Assembly: GCF_006345805.1 (NCBI RefSeq)
Contig: NC_043001.1
Coordinates: 2,852,001 to 2,916,000, forward strand
DNA: 64,000 bases
Origin: Octopus sinensis
Lineage: Eukaryota
Reading direction: 5' to 3'
The translations under genes and the position numbers were made by a program. This document shows positions 53,301 to 64,000 of the stretch, piece after piece (the stretch's first letter is position 1; each line of letters opens with the position of its first letter). The notes beneath the pieces were generated by a model that saw nothing but the letters and a program-made list of their open reading frames with translations, ran no database searches and was not told the origin of the DNA.

Positions 53301-53600
53301 CAGTGATCGTAGGAGCACTAGGAATGATCAAGAAGGGAACCGAAAATTATATGAGAATGATCCCTGGCTTACCATCCCTGCAAGAAGTGCAAAAGATTGT
53401 CTTAACTGGTACATCACACGTATTGAGAAGAGCATTGTCAATATGAGAACTGTTGCTGCTCATGTATTTTAATTTAACTTAAAAAAAAAAAAAAAAAATG
53501 AACGAACTACTGAGTTTGGTTTAATGGCCTACCAATGTATACTATGAGTTTCTTTGCCCTAGGAGTCGGGAAGACACTCGGCAAGAAATGGAAGCAAATT
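53298..53600 (+). mobile_element. R4/Dong-clade 3' end (different family) within (TAA)n
   Basis: IPVIVGALGMIKKGTENYMRMIPGLPSLQEVQKIVLTGTSHVLRRALSI*. Confidence 0.85.
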
Positions 53601-53650
53601 TGAAAGAAGAAAAAAAAAGTAATAATAATAATGATAATAATGGTAATAAT

Positions 53651-53687
<37 letters not shown>

Positions 53688-55299
53688 TAATAATAATAAT
53701 AATTATTATAATTATAATAATCAGTTCAAATTTTGCCACAAATGCATCGATTTTGGAGGAGGCAATGATTCGATTACGTTGATCCTGGTGTTCAATTGGC
53801 ACTTATTTTATTGACCCCAGAAGAATGAAATGGTGCAATTTGAACTCAGAGTGTAGCAATGGGTGAAACACTGCTAAGCATTTCATTTGGGGCACAAACG
53901 ATCATGATGATCATGATGATGATAGTAGTAGTAGTAATAATAATAATAATAATAATAATAATATTAATAATAATGCCATTGCTAATTAAGCAGCCCATTT
54001 AAGAGTACCCTTCAATCATTGGACAATAAACTATGCTTGCAAAGACCTGTTGAGGCAAATGAAATCGCTGTCATGGCTGATGACAGCCGTCTGGTTTGCC
54101 AGCCCTCAGTAAACTGTCCAACCCATGACACCATGGAAAGCGGACATTAAATGATGATGATGATGATGAATAACAATAATGATAATAATAATCCTTTCTA
54201 CTATATGCACAAGGCCTGAAATTTTGGGAGAGGGGGTTAGTCAATTACATCAGCCCCTGGCTCTTAATTTATCGACCCTGAAAGGACGAAAGGTAAAGTC
54301 GTCCTTGGCAGAATTTGAACTCAGAATGTTGTGATGGAAAAAATCTTGCTAATCATTTCGTCCATCATGCAAACGATTCTGCCATCTGACTGCCATGATA
54401 GTAATAATTGGTCTGATGGCAAAAACTCAATTTCCTACAGAGCAAAGGAGTCCAGGTCAACTCCTGCCAAGCTCAAATTTTATCAATGCCCTGATGCAAA
54501 ACTCAGGCAGCAGCTCACATGACTTCTGATGTTAATTGATTGGACTTGTTACCCTGTACTTTGTTTTGTGTTGATATAAAAGATGGCCTGCAGCAAATAT
54601 TCTGCTCAATACCACAGATTTGCTTGTAAGTTGTTTGACCTGAACCAGTTGAGCATGTCCCTTAGTGGCTGACGATATGTGCATCTCTGATCACAAGCAG
54701 AAGTAGTGGGGGTGCATCATAGCCATGTGTTGAGAGGAATTCTTTGGGATTTGAACAATTCACCTCTGGAAACCTGGCTGTTTCATTCAACATCCTTAAA
54801 TAACCCTTACTCAGGGAGCTTTTGAATGGGATGGGTTACTCGACCAGAAGAAACTTCTAACTGAGCCCCCACCTGCAAGGTCATGCACTATTTATCTTGA
54901 CAAAAATCACTATGTCACGCACATATGGTTGTGATGTATGTGCCTTGTGTACCCTTATCAGATGGGTAATCATGATGAGTATACTGGCTTCATATATTTG
55001 TACCCCAGTGTCACTTTGATGGCATGCACAGCTTTCTCACTCTATAACAACAACAACAACAATAATCCTTTCTACTAAAGACACAAGGCCTGAAATTTGG
55101 GTAGGGGGAGGAGACCAGTTGATTACATTGACCCCAGTGTTTCACTGGTACTTGATTTATTGACCCTGAAAAGAGGAAAGGCAAAGTCAACCTTGGCAGA
55201 ATTTGAACTCAGAACATAAAGACAGATGAAATACTGTTAAGCATTTCACCCAGCATGATAACGGCTCTGCCAGATTGCTGCCTTAATAATAATAATAAT

Positions 55300-56218
55300 A
55301 AGGCGGTGGTAGATAAAAAATGCCATGGAGCCATTGTCGAAGCATACGAAGAAGGCTGGCTTCATCATGACCAAGAATTTTGTAATGAAAGAAAAATTTA
55401 AAGAAGAAATGAACACAGAAAAAGAAACTCCATAGAAGAAGAAAAAGGTGCTTGGTCAGTTTGTAAGAAATGTGAATGCCATGACAGATAGAGAGGACCA
55501 GTGGCTATGGATGAGGAGGAGTGACCTGAAGATAGAGACAGAAGTACTCATATGCGCAGCTCAAGAACAAGCATTAAGGACCAATTATATGAAGTGCAGG
55601 ATAGACAACACAACCGATAGTGACAAATGCAGAATGTGCGGTGAGATTGGTGAAATGATATGGCACATCATTAGTGAATGCTTGAAATTGGCACAAACTG
55701 AATACAAAAGATGCCACTACAATGTGGCAAGAATGATCCATTGAGAGCTCTGTGGAAATCAAAGAGCAAAGTCATGGCATGAGAAAATCCCAGAAGGTGT
55801 TACCAAGAATAAGATTTTCGAAATCCTGTGGGATACATGATCATCTGACCAGACATCGGAAACTGGACAGTGTTGTGGTGAACAAGAGTGGAAGAACATG
55901 CATGATAATCGAGATTGCAGAAGGGAAAATAAACAACTATGATGAAATTTGTGGCTAATGAAGTGAGTAGACGAGATACCAACAGTAATTGGTGCACTTG
56001 GAAGTATCAACACTCATCTACCAGCATGACTGAAAAAGATTGGTGCAAGTGTGAAGGTAGGACACCTACAAAAATCAGCATTGCTTGGAACTGCAGGAAT
56101 TCTTTACAGGGTTCTTGAAGCATGACCAGTAAACAAGTGTCACCTTAGTCTGCTGGCTGTGGAGATCCAACACTTTCCACCATACCAAGCAAAATGAGCT
56201 GAGAGTTTTCATCACGTA
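55300..56218 (+). mobile_element. R4/Dong-clade LINE 3' fragment (CCHC + restriction-like endonuclease)
   Basis: WMRRSDLKIETEVLICAAQEQALRTNY...KCRMCGE...HIISEC.KLAQTEYKR, followed by degenerate endonuclease motifs; (TAA)n flanks. Confidence 0.9.
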
Positions 56219-56289
56219 ATAATAATAATAATAATAATAATAGTAGTAGTAGTAGTAGTAGTAGTAGTGATAATAATAATAATAATAAT

Positions 56290-56388
56290 ACCGGAAGGTA
56301 CTCGAAAAATGAGAGTTGTTACCTTATTTCACTGGTATTGAACAGCTGACACCGTAGTACATCTCCAGCGTTAGAAGCTGTGCAAAGG
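56290..56388 (+). mobile_element. Very short R4/Dong-like 3' end within (TAA)n
   Basis: RKVLEK* plus a short UTR between TAA tracts. Confidence 0.55.
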
Positions 56389-57694
56389 CAATAATAATAA
56401 TAGTGATAATAATAATAATAATAAAAGCTTCCAAATTTAGCAATGGCATCTGTATTTCTCAATGCCATCATCCTCAGTTCTCAACTGGTTTGGTACTTTA
56501 TTGACCCCAGAGGAATGAAAGGCAACACTAACCTGAGTTGGCATCATTTGAAATAAGAATATGAAGCCTCAGAAGAAATGCTGCAATGAAAGATTCAATT
56601 TGTCAGATGTTCTAACGCTTTTGGTAAAAACAAAACGGTAATGACGATGATGATGATGACTGAGCCCAGGTTTGACTGCGGTGGGATTTGAACTCAGAAA
56701 ATTAGGAGCTGGAATGTATACAGCAAGGAATTTCTTTGTTTCCAATGCTGAAACTTTAGCGTTGGTTCACCATTTTTTAGTATTGGTTAATCTTAATACT
56801 TAATAATATTATTAATTTAAAGAATTACTTGAGGAAAGTTCATGATAATTTCTAACGAGAGAATATTAATAATCTATTAACACTGACCAAATCTGATAAA
56901 TATTAAAAAGTAACAAGAAAAAACAAACAGAATAAATTTTAACTGGATTAGGAATTAAGATTATCAACATTTCAAATGTATTCTCACATTTCATGGAATT
57001 ATTCAATCCCATCCTTCAGCTTAATTGTGTTGTTGTTGTTGTTGCTGTAGTTGTTGTTGTTGCTGTAGTTGTTGTTATTGTTATCATTATCATTGTTGTT
57101 GTTGCTGTTGCTTATCTCTGATCATATACAGGATTGAGATTTAGGAAATAAATATTAAAACAAATTACAAATGGAAAGTATTTGGGGTGGGGGGGGAACC
57201 TTAGCAAAACAACAACAATAACAAAAAAAATGACAATAATTGTAAAAATTAGAAAAAGAAAAACCAAAAAATCGTTTAGTTAAGCATATCTGAGTGAGGA
57301 AGGTGGTGGGGAATGGGTAAATCTTCCTATTTAAGCTACATGTTATTCAAAGAATTTGACCATTAGATCATTGTATATGCGAAAGAGTCGGTAGAATTTA
57401 TATTCACAATATTTTTCCTAATTTCCCAAAGGGTATGAAATCCCTACACAGCTTTTATTGTAAGAGTTATGTTTAATTTAGTTTATATGGAGTTATATTG
57501 TCGTAAATTATAGATGGCATTCATAAACTTTATTTCCCATACGGAATTATAACAATGAAATCGATTGTAATGCAAATCACTTTTGGCCATTTTTATTTGT
57601 AGATCTACAATTGTTTATTTCGTTGTTGGCTTCATAATCAGCTTCACAAATAGATGTATATACGTATATACACACACACACAAACACATACATA

Positions 57695-57741
<47 letters not shown>

Positions 57742-59204
57742 GTGTGTATGTGTGCATGTGTTTGTGCAAATGTATGTATTTATACACACACACACACACA
57801 CACAAATATATACATATATATGTATCTATCTATATATCTATATATATATACACACACATATATATATATGTCTGTGTATGTGTGCATGTGTATGTGCGTA
57901 TGTATGTATTTACATAAACACACACACACACACACACACACAACACACACACACACACACATACAGGCATTCAATCCCTTTGTATACATATTTGTAGATT
58001 ATTATTCACATTCATGAGCATTCACAATTACACATAATCAAACAAATCCAAATATGCTTGTGTGTGTATATATATATGTGTGTGTGTATACATATATGTG
58101 TGTGTGTATATATATATGTGTGTGTATATATATATGTGTGTGTATATATATGTGTGTGTGTGTATATATATGTGTGTGTGTATATATATGTGTGTGTGTA
58201 TATATATGTGTGTGTATATATATATGTGTGTGTGTATACATATGTAAATATATATATATATATATAAAACACACACATATGCACACACAAATACATATAT
58301 ATATATATGAGTGAGAGAGTGAGGTACACATGCATATATACATATACATACATACATATATGCACATGCACACATATATATTTGTATATATATATATATA
58401 TATATATATAAACACACACATATGCACACACAAATACATATATATATATTGAGTGAGAGAGTGAGGTACACATGCATATATACATATACATACATACATA
58501 TATGCACATGCACACATATATATTTGTATATAATATATATATATATATATACACACTCAAATGTAGAAGGTGCTAGCGTAATATTCTATATACATTATAA
58601 ATGATATACATATCATTATCTTAATCTAATGCTGTTTCAAGTACCTGTATTGATTTTATACATACCCACACTCACACGGATATCTATATAAAGAGAGAGA
58701 GAGAAAGAGAGGGAGAGAGAGAGAAAAATTGATTGATGTGTGTGTGTGTGTGCATACACACCCATATGCACCCATGTATTTGCATGTATGCGTATACATG
58801 AGTAAGACTGATAGGTTTATAATTATCTCTATTTGCATACATCCGTGCGTATATGCTGGAGTAGCCGTGGCACCCAAAAGCTTACTCACACATATGTTTA
58901 TTATTATGTTTGTCGATGTCTGAACGAGCATCCGTAGAGATGTCTGTGTCTCTCTGTATTTCTGTATGTGTGTGTATATTTTCACACACACATGAATGCA
59001 CATATACACACAGAAAGATGCACAGGTATTTAGAATGAAGACGAGCTGCCAGAAATAATGCGGTGGGGCCAGACGCATGCGTTTGAGCAACAAGGTTCAA
59101 TAAGGGCATAATAAATACCATTCAAAATAAATTCTAGATTAATTAAAATTATGTCTGCTGCCAGGGAAGGTAGAACAATTTATCTTTTTTTTCTATAATC
59201 ACTT

Positions 59205-59600
59205 ATATTTTACTTGCTTCAATCTTTTAGGCTGTGGCCATACTGGAGCACAATCTTGGAGTATTCTTAGCCGAATGTACTGACTCCAGCACTTTATTTT
59301 ATGTATGGCATTTGTTCTATTGGTCTCTTTGCCAAACCACTAAGTTATGGGGATGTAAATAAACCAACATTTGTTGTCAAGTGGTGGCAGGGAACAAACA
59401 TAGTCACTAATATACACACAAACACTCACACACACACACATGAGTGACTTCTTTCACTCTCAGTCTACCAAATTCAGCCACAACACTTGGGTTAGCCAGA
59501 AGCTATTGCAGGATACACTTACCCAAGGTGCCACACAGTGGGACTGAACCCAGAGCAATGTGCTTGTGAAGCAAACTTCTTACCACACTGCCACATCTGC
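59205..59600 (-). mobile_element. SINE type A, diverged full length
   Basis: Matches 37280-37677. Confidence 0.8.
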
Positions 59601-59902
59601 AACTATTCCATTTCTGTGACTATTGTTCCCGAGTATTTGTTACTCCAGTTCAGAAAGAGAGATTTCTGTTACCACTTTACATTCTCTCCACAAGCTGGCA
59701 TGAGTTAGATGCAGCATTTTGAAGTATACTACCAGGTGCTTTCCCTGTCACCAACACTCCGTCAGTTCCCAAGCCATTTATGTGCTTTTTTTCGTCTACC
59801 AGTTTTCACATGCTCATTGAACTGTGCAACCTATCTTTGTTAATAACAACAAATAGTTGTGACATTGATGGAGAAAGACTTATAGAGACATGCATGCGTG
59901 TG

Positions 59903-59934
<32 letters not shown>

Positions 59935-60342
59935 CACACACACACACACATATAAGTATCACTTCATTAGCATCACAGCTTTAATATCCACTTTATATTG
60001 TCAGAAGGAATATGTGGGTGTATGTGTGTGTGACTGTGTGTGAGAGTGTGTGTGTGTATATATATATGTATATATATGTATACATATATGTATATATATA
60101 TGTATATATATATGTATATATATATATACACACACACACATATTCTTTTATTCTTTTACTTGTTTCAGCCATTTGGCTGTGGCCATACTGGGGCACCAAA
60201 TTTAGTCGAACAAATCAACCCCAGAACTTATTCTTTGTAAGCCTAGTTCTCTTTTGCTGAACCACCAAGTTTCGGGGACGGGAGCACACCAACATCGGTT
60301 GTCAAGCAATGATGGCAGGACAAACACAGACACACAAATACT

Positions 60343-60379
<37 letters not shown>

Positions 60380-60392
60380 TGTATTGTATTGT

Positions 60393-61488
60393 GACGGGAA
60401 ACTGTTCAATCTCTCGCGCCTGCGTGCCAAGACCAAAATCAGAAACGTCCTGATCAAGGAGATGTTATTTGCTGATGCTGCCGCTCTGGTAACCCACACA
60501 GAAGAAGCCCTCCAAAGGCTCATTAACTGTTTTGAGCAAGCATGTAACGACTTTGGCTTAGCTATCAGCCTTAAGAAGACCAACATCATGGGCCAGGCTA
60601 CATCGGACATCCCAAACATACATATTGGAGACCACAGATTACAAGAGGTGGAGAAGTTTACCTATCTGGGCTCTACCGTCACCTACAACCTATCCCTTGA
60701 CGCTGAGCTCAATATACACATTGGCAAGGCAGCTGCGGCGATGGCCCAACTCTCCAAACAGGCTTGGGACAACAATAAGCTGACCAAGACCACGAAAATG
60801 AAGATCTACCAGGCATGTGTACTCAGCACTCTACTGTATGGAAGCGAGACCTGGACGCTATACACACGCCAAGAGCGTCGCCTAAATATATTTCACCTGC
60901 GCTGCCTCCGAAAAATCCTCCGCATCAAATGGCAGAATCATATCCCCAACAAAGATGTCCTCAGGCAAGCAGGAATACCAAGCATGTTTGCACTCCTCAC
61001 ACAAAGACGTATGAGATGGCTTGGGCATGTTAGCCATATGAAAGATGGCGGAATCTCCAAGGACATACTCTACGGGGAGCTTGCTAGGAGTACTAGGTCT
61101 GTGGGTAGACCGATCTTACGTTACAGGGATGTTTGCAAAAGGGATATGAAGGTCTGCAACATCAATATTAGCAGTTGGGAGGCAGTCGCCGGCAACCGTG
61201 GAGAATGGCGACGTACAGTAAAAGAGGGAATACAAAAGAGTGACAGAGAGAGAGAGGAGAAATGGAAAGAAAGGAAGAGATTTAAACAAGAGACTATGGC
61301 ACTACAACCAGCCAGGAACAGTCTTCGCTACATTTGTGGTACCTGCGAGAGGGAGTGTTTGTCCAGGATAGGACTACACAGCCACAGCAGGAAATGTATC
61401 AGGACATGAAATATAAAAGCCGGACTAGACTACAAAAAAAAAAAAAGCGCAACTCCATTGTCTACCGAGACAGAAAGGATGCCAATAC
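60393..61488 (+). mobile_element. 5'-truncated RTE-clade LINE with uninterrupted C-terminal ORF (stop 61407-61409)
   Basis: DGKLFNLSRLRAKTK...LFADAAALV...FTYLGS...LYGSETWT...LRWLGHV...C..CERECLSRIGLHSH; 3' UTR ccattgtctaccgagacagaaaggatgcca. Confidence 0.95.
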
Positions 61489-61495
61489 GTATATA

Positions 61496-61539
<44 letters not shown>

Positions 61540-61569
61540 AATATACATACATATATATATATATATATA

Positions 61570-61727
61570 CTTTATTTAAAGCAGCAGAAAATTCAACAAA
61601 ATCTGTTACTCTGAGCAACAGATTTTGTTGAATTTTCTGCTGCTTTAAATAAAGCATATTACTCTACCACTGGTATTTGAGTACACTTTTTTTCCACCTT
61701 GTTTCACATTTATGTGTTTACTCCAGT
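61570..61727 (+). mobile_element. Fold-back fragment of the HHR-bearing family seen at 50272-50512
   Basis: 38 bp arms 61570-61607 / 61617-61654 around ACTC-T-GAGC; downstream attactctacc...ccaccttgtttcacat matches 50445-50512. Confidence 0.85.
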
Positions 61728-61738
61728 ATATATATATA

Positions 61739-62038
61739 CTATGGCAATCCCTCAAGGTCGAAGTTGATGGTCTTCGCACAAATTTATTGGTGAGTCCGCA
61801 GGTGACTGATAAGACCAATTCTTGCTCGAAAAGATCGGTCACAGTGCAGACATCTAGTGCCGGAAGGGAGAGTCGCACGTGGTTGTTGTTGGCGCTCCTT
61901 CTGTCGTCGTCTTTTCTCCTCCAGCTCTGCAGACCTTTTCGACTCAAAATTCGCCGTTCCCTCATGGATGGTGGTTTTCCAGAGTGGTCTGTTTTTTGCC
62001 GTTTCCTCCCAGTTAGTGAAGTCGATGTCACACTTTTT
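61739..62038 (-). mobile_element. RTE-clade LINE 3' end (second family), open frame
   Basis: CDIDFTNWEETAKNRPLWKTTIHEG...RCLHCDRSFRARIGLISHLRTHQ*; short UTR; TA tracts on both sides. Confidence 0.9.
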
Positions 62039-62419
62039 ATATATATATATATATATATCTAGCTGTAGAAACATTGCCAGATCAGATTGGAACCTGGTGC
62101 AGCCGCTGGCTTTCTAGACCTAAGTCAAACAGTCCAACACATACCAGCATGGAAAATGGACGTTAAACGAAAATGGATGATGTTGATGAGGATGATATGG
62201 AGGAAGATGTTATACGATGGGATTCTTTCAGTTTCCATCTACCGAGTCCACTCACAAGGCTTTGGCCAGCCCAAGGCTATAGCAGAAGGCACTTTGCCAA
62301 AGTGCCACACAGAGGGACTGAACCTGAAAGCTTCTCACCACACAACCACTGCTATGCATATATGTGCTCATACACATTTATGTATCCAAGTTTATATGTG
62401 TGTCTACATACAGATATTA

Positions 62420-62460
<41 letters not shown>

Positions 62461-62959
62461 AGTGTGTGCGTATATATATATATATATATATGTAGATAGA
62501 TAGATACATTTACAGATATAGAATGATAGACGCACACACACATGTGGATGCATATAAATCATATATATATAAGCATGCAAATAAATTATATAAATTAAAT
62601 ATATATATATATACACACATGTATTTTCCTCATCCTCTCCACATCACATCCATCATAATCTGTGGCATTGTGTTTCCTTGAAAAATTTAAATTTCTAATT
62701 GAGTTGAAATGCTTTCAAGCATAGCATGCTTAAAATTCTGTCACTTAAACAACAATATTGGAGGCAGGAGATATTTATTTGGTTCCAACAGAATGGAATT
62801 AATTTAAACTTTAGTTCTAGTCTCATACAAATTTGAAAACTTCACTCTTTCCACACACCTATATACACAGATGCACAAAAACTACTGAATATGTATATAT
62901 ATGGTACAGAAATACACTTGCCTACTTATGAAATATGTACATGTATATATCTGTATATG

Positions 62960-63335
<376 letters not shown>

Positions 63336-63549
63336 GAAATGAACCCAGAAATCGAAAACAGAGAGTTGCTTATTTGCAAAAAAAAAAAAAAAAAAAAAAG
63401 AAATATAAAATGTGACTTCATTGACCGAGGTTACCGTGGTCTTTTCCGCAGGCTTTTCTTTCCACGGGTAAACCTCACCTGTCCTCCCCTTTACACTTCA
63501 TATTGACATTTCTGTGATAACGATCCCTATTGATCATTTTTTTTCCTCT

Positions 63550-63589
<40 letters not shown>

Positions 63590-63649
63590 CCCCTTATTTT
63601 TGTCCTCTTTCTCTCCTTTTACGATCCCTTTTGATCGAACCTCCCCCTT

Positions 63650-63684
<35 letters not shown>

Positions 63685-63759
63685 CCTTCAAAAGAAAAGC
63701 TCTCTACCTTGTAATTTGTTCTATCTGTGTGCAGCCCTGTGTGGCTAATAAAGAAACAT

Positions 63760-63801
63760 ATCTATCTATCTATCTATCTATCTATCTACCTACCTACTTA
63801 C

Positions 63802-63860
<59 letters not shown>

Positions 63861-63882
63861 CCTACCTACCTACCTATCTATC

Positions 63883-63964
<82 letters not shown>

Positions 63965-64000
63965 CCTACCTACCTACCTACCTATCTATCTATCTATCTA
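63760..64000. repeat. (CTAT)n/(CTAC)n microsatellite
   Basis: Directly visible. Confidence 0.95.

Larger units (their letters stand above)
60145..62355 (-). mobile_element. SINE type A split by nested insertions (3' half 60145-60335, head ~62215-62355)
   Basis: Both halves match intact copies; the intervening DNA lies where the internal TA spacer normally is. Confidence 0.7.

Noticed and set aside
60309-60392. ATG start of the 366-aa ORF
   Set aside because: The first 28 codons are SINE and (TA)n sequence in frame by chance; the element is 5'-truncated and not a gene.

Overview
This is AT-rich, non-genic-looking eukaryotic DNA dominated by microsatellites and retroelements. The SINE families and simple-repeat load resemble an octopod genome; that is inferred from memory of such repeats, not from a search. 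No complete protein-coding gene can be supported, and nearly all ORFs in the track are microsatellite read-throughs or transposon remnants. The supported content is: many copies of at least four tRNA-derived SINE types; RTE-clade LINE fragments (one young 1.1 kb piece with an open frame); R4/Dong-clade LINE 3' ends sitting in (TAA)n tracts; Penelope-like (GIY-YIG) fragments; two internally deleted DD37D (maT-type) Tc1/mariner derivatives; and a possible Helitron N-terminal remnant. The most striking signal is a set of type I hammerhead ribozyme (HHR) motifs from several sequence families, clustered at 47.6-51 kb. Most lie in fold-back (inverted-repeat) structures, and in two or three independent cases the inversion breakpoint falls at the centre of the HHR stem III palindrome or loop. 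A speculative minus-strand exon chain resembling a glutamate-receptor/ANF-receptor amino-terminal domain lies at 0.15-5.7 kb. Coordinates of degenerate repeats are approximate.
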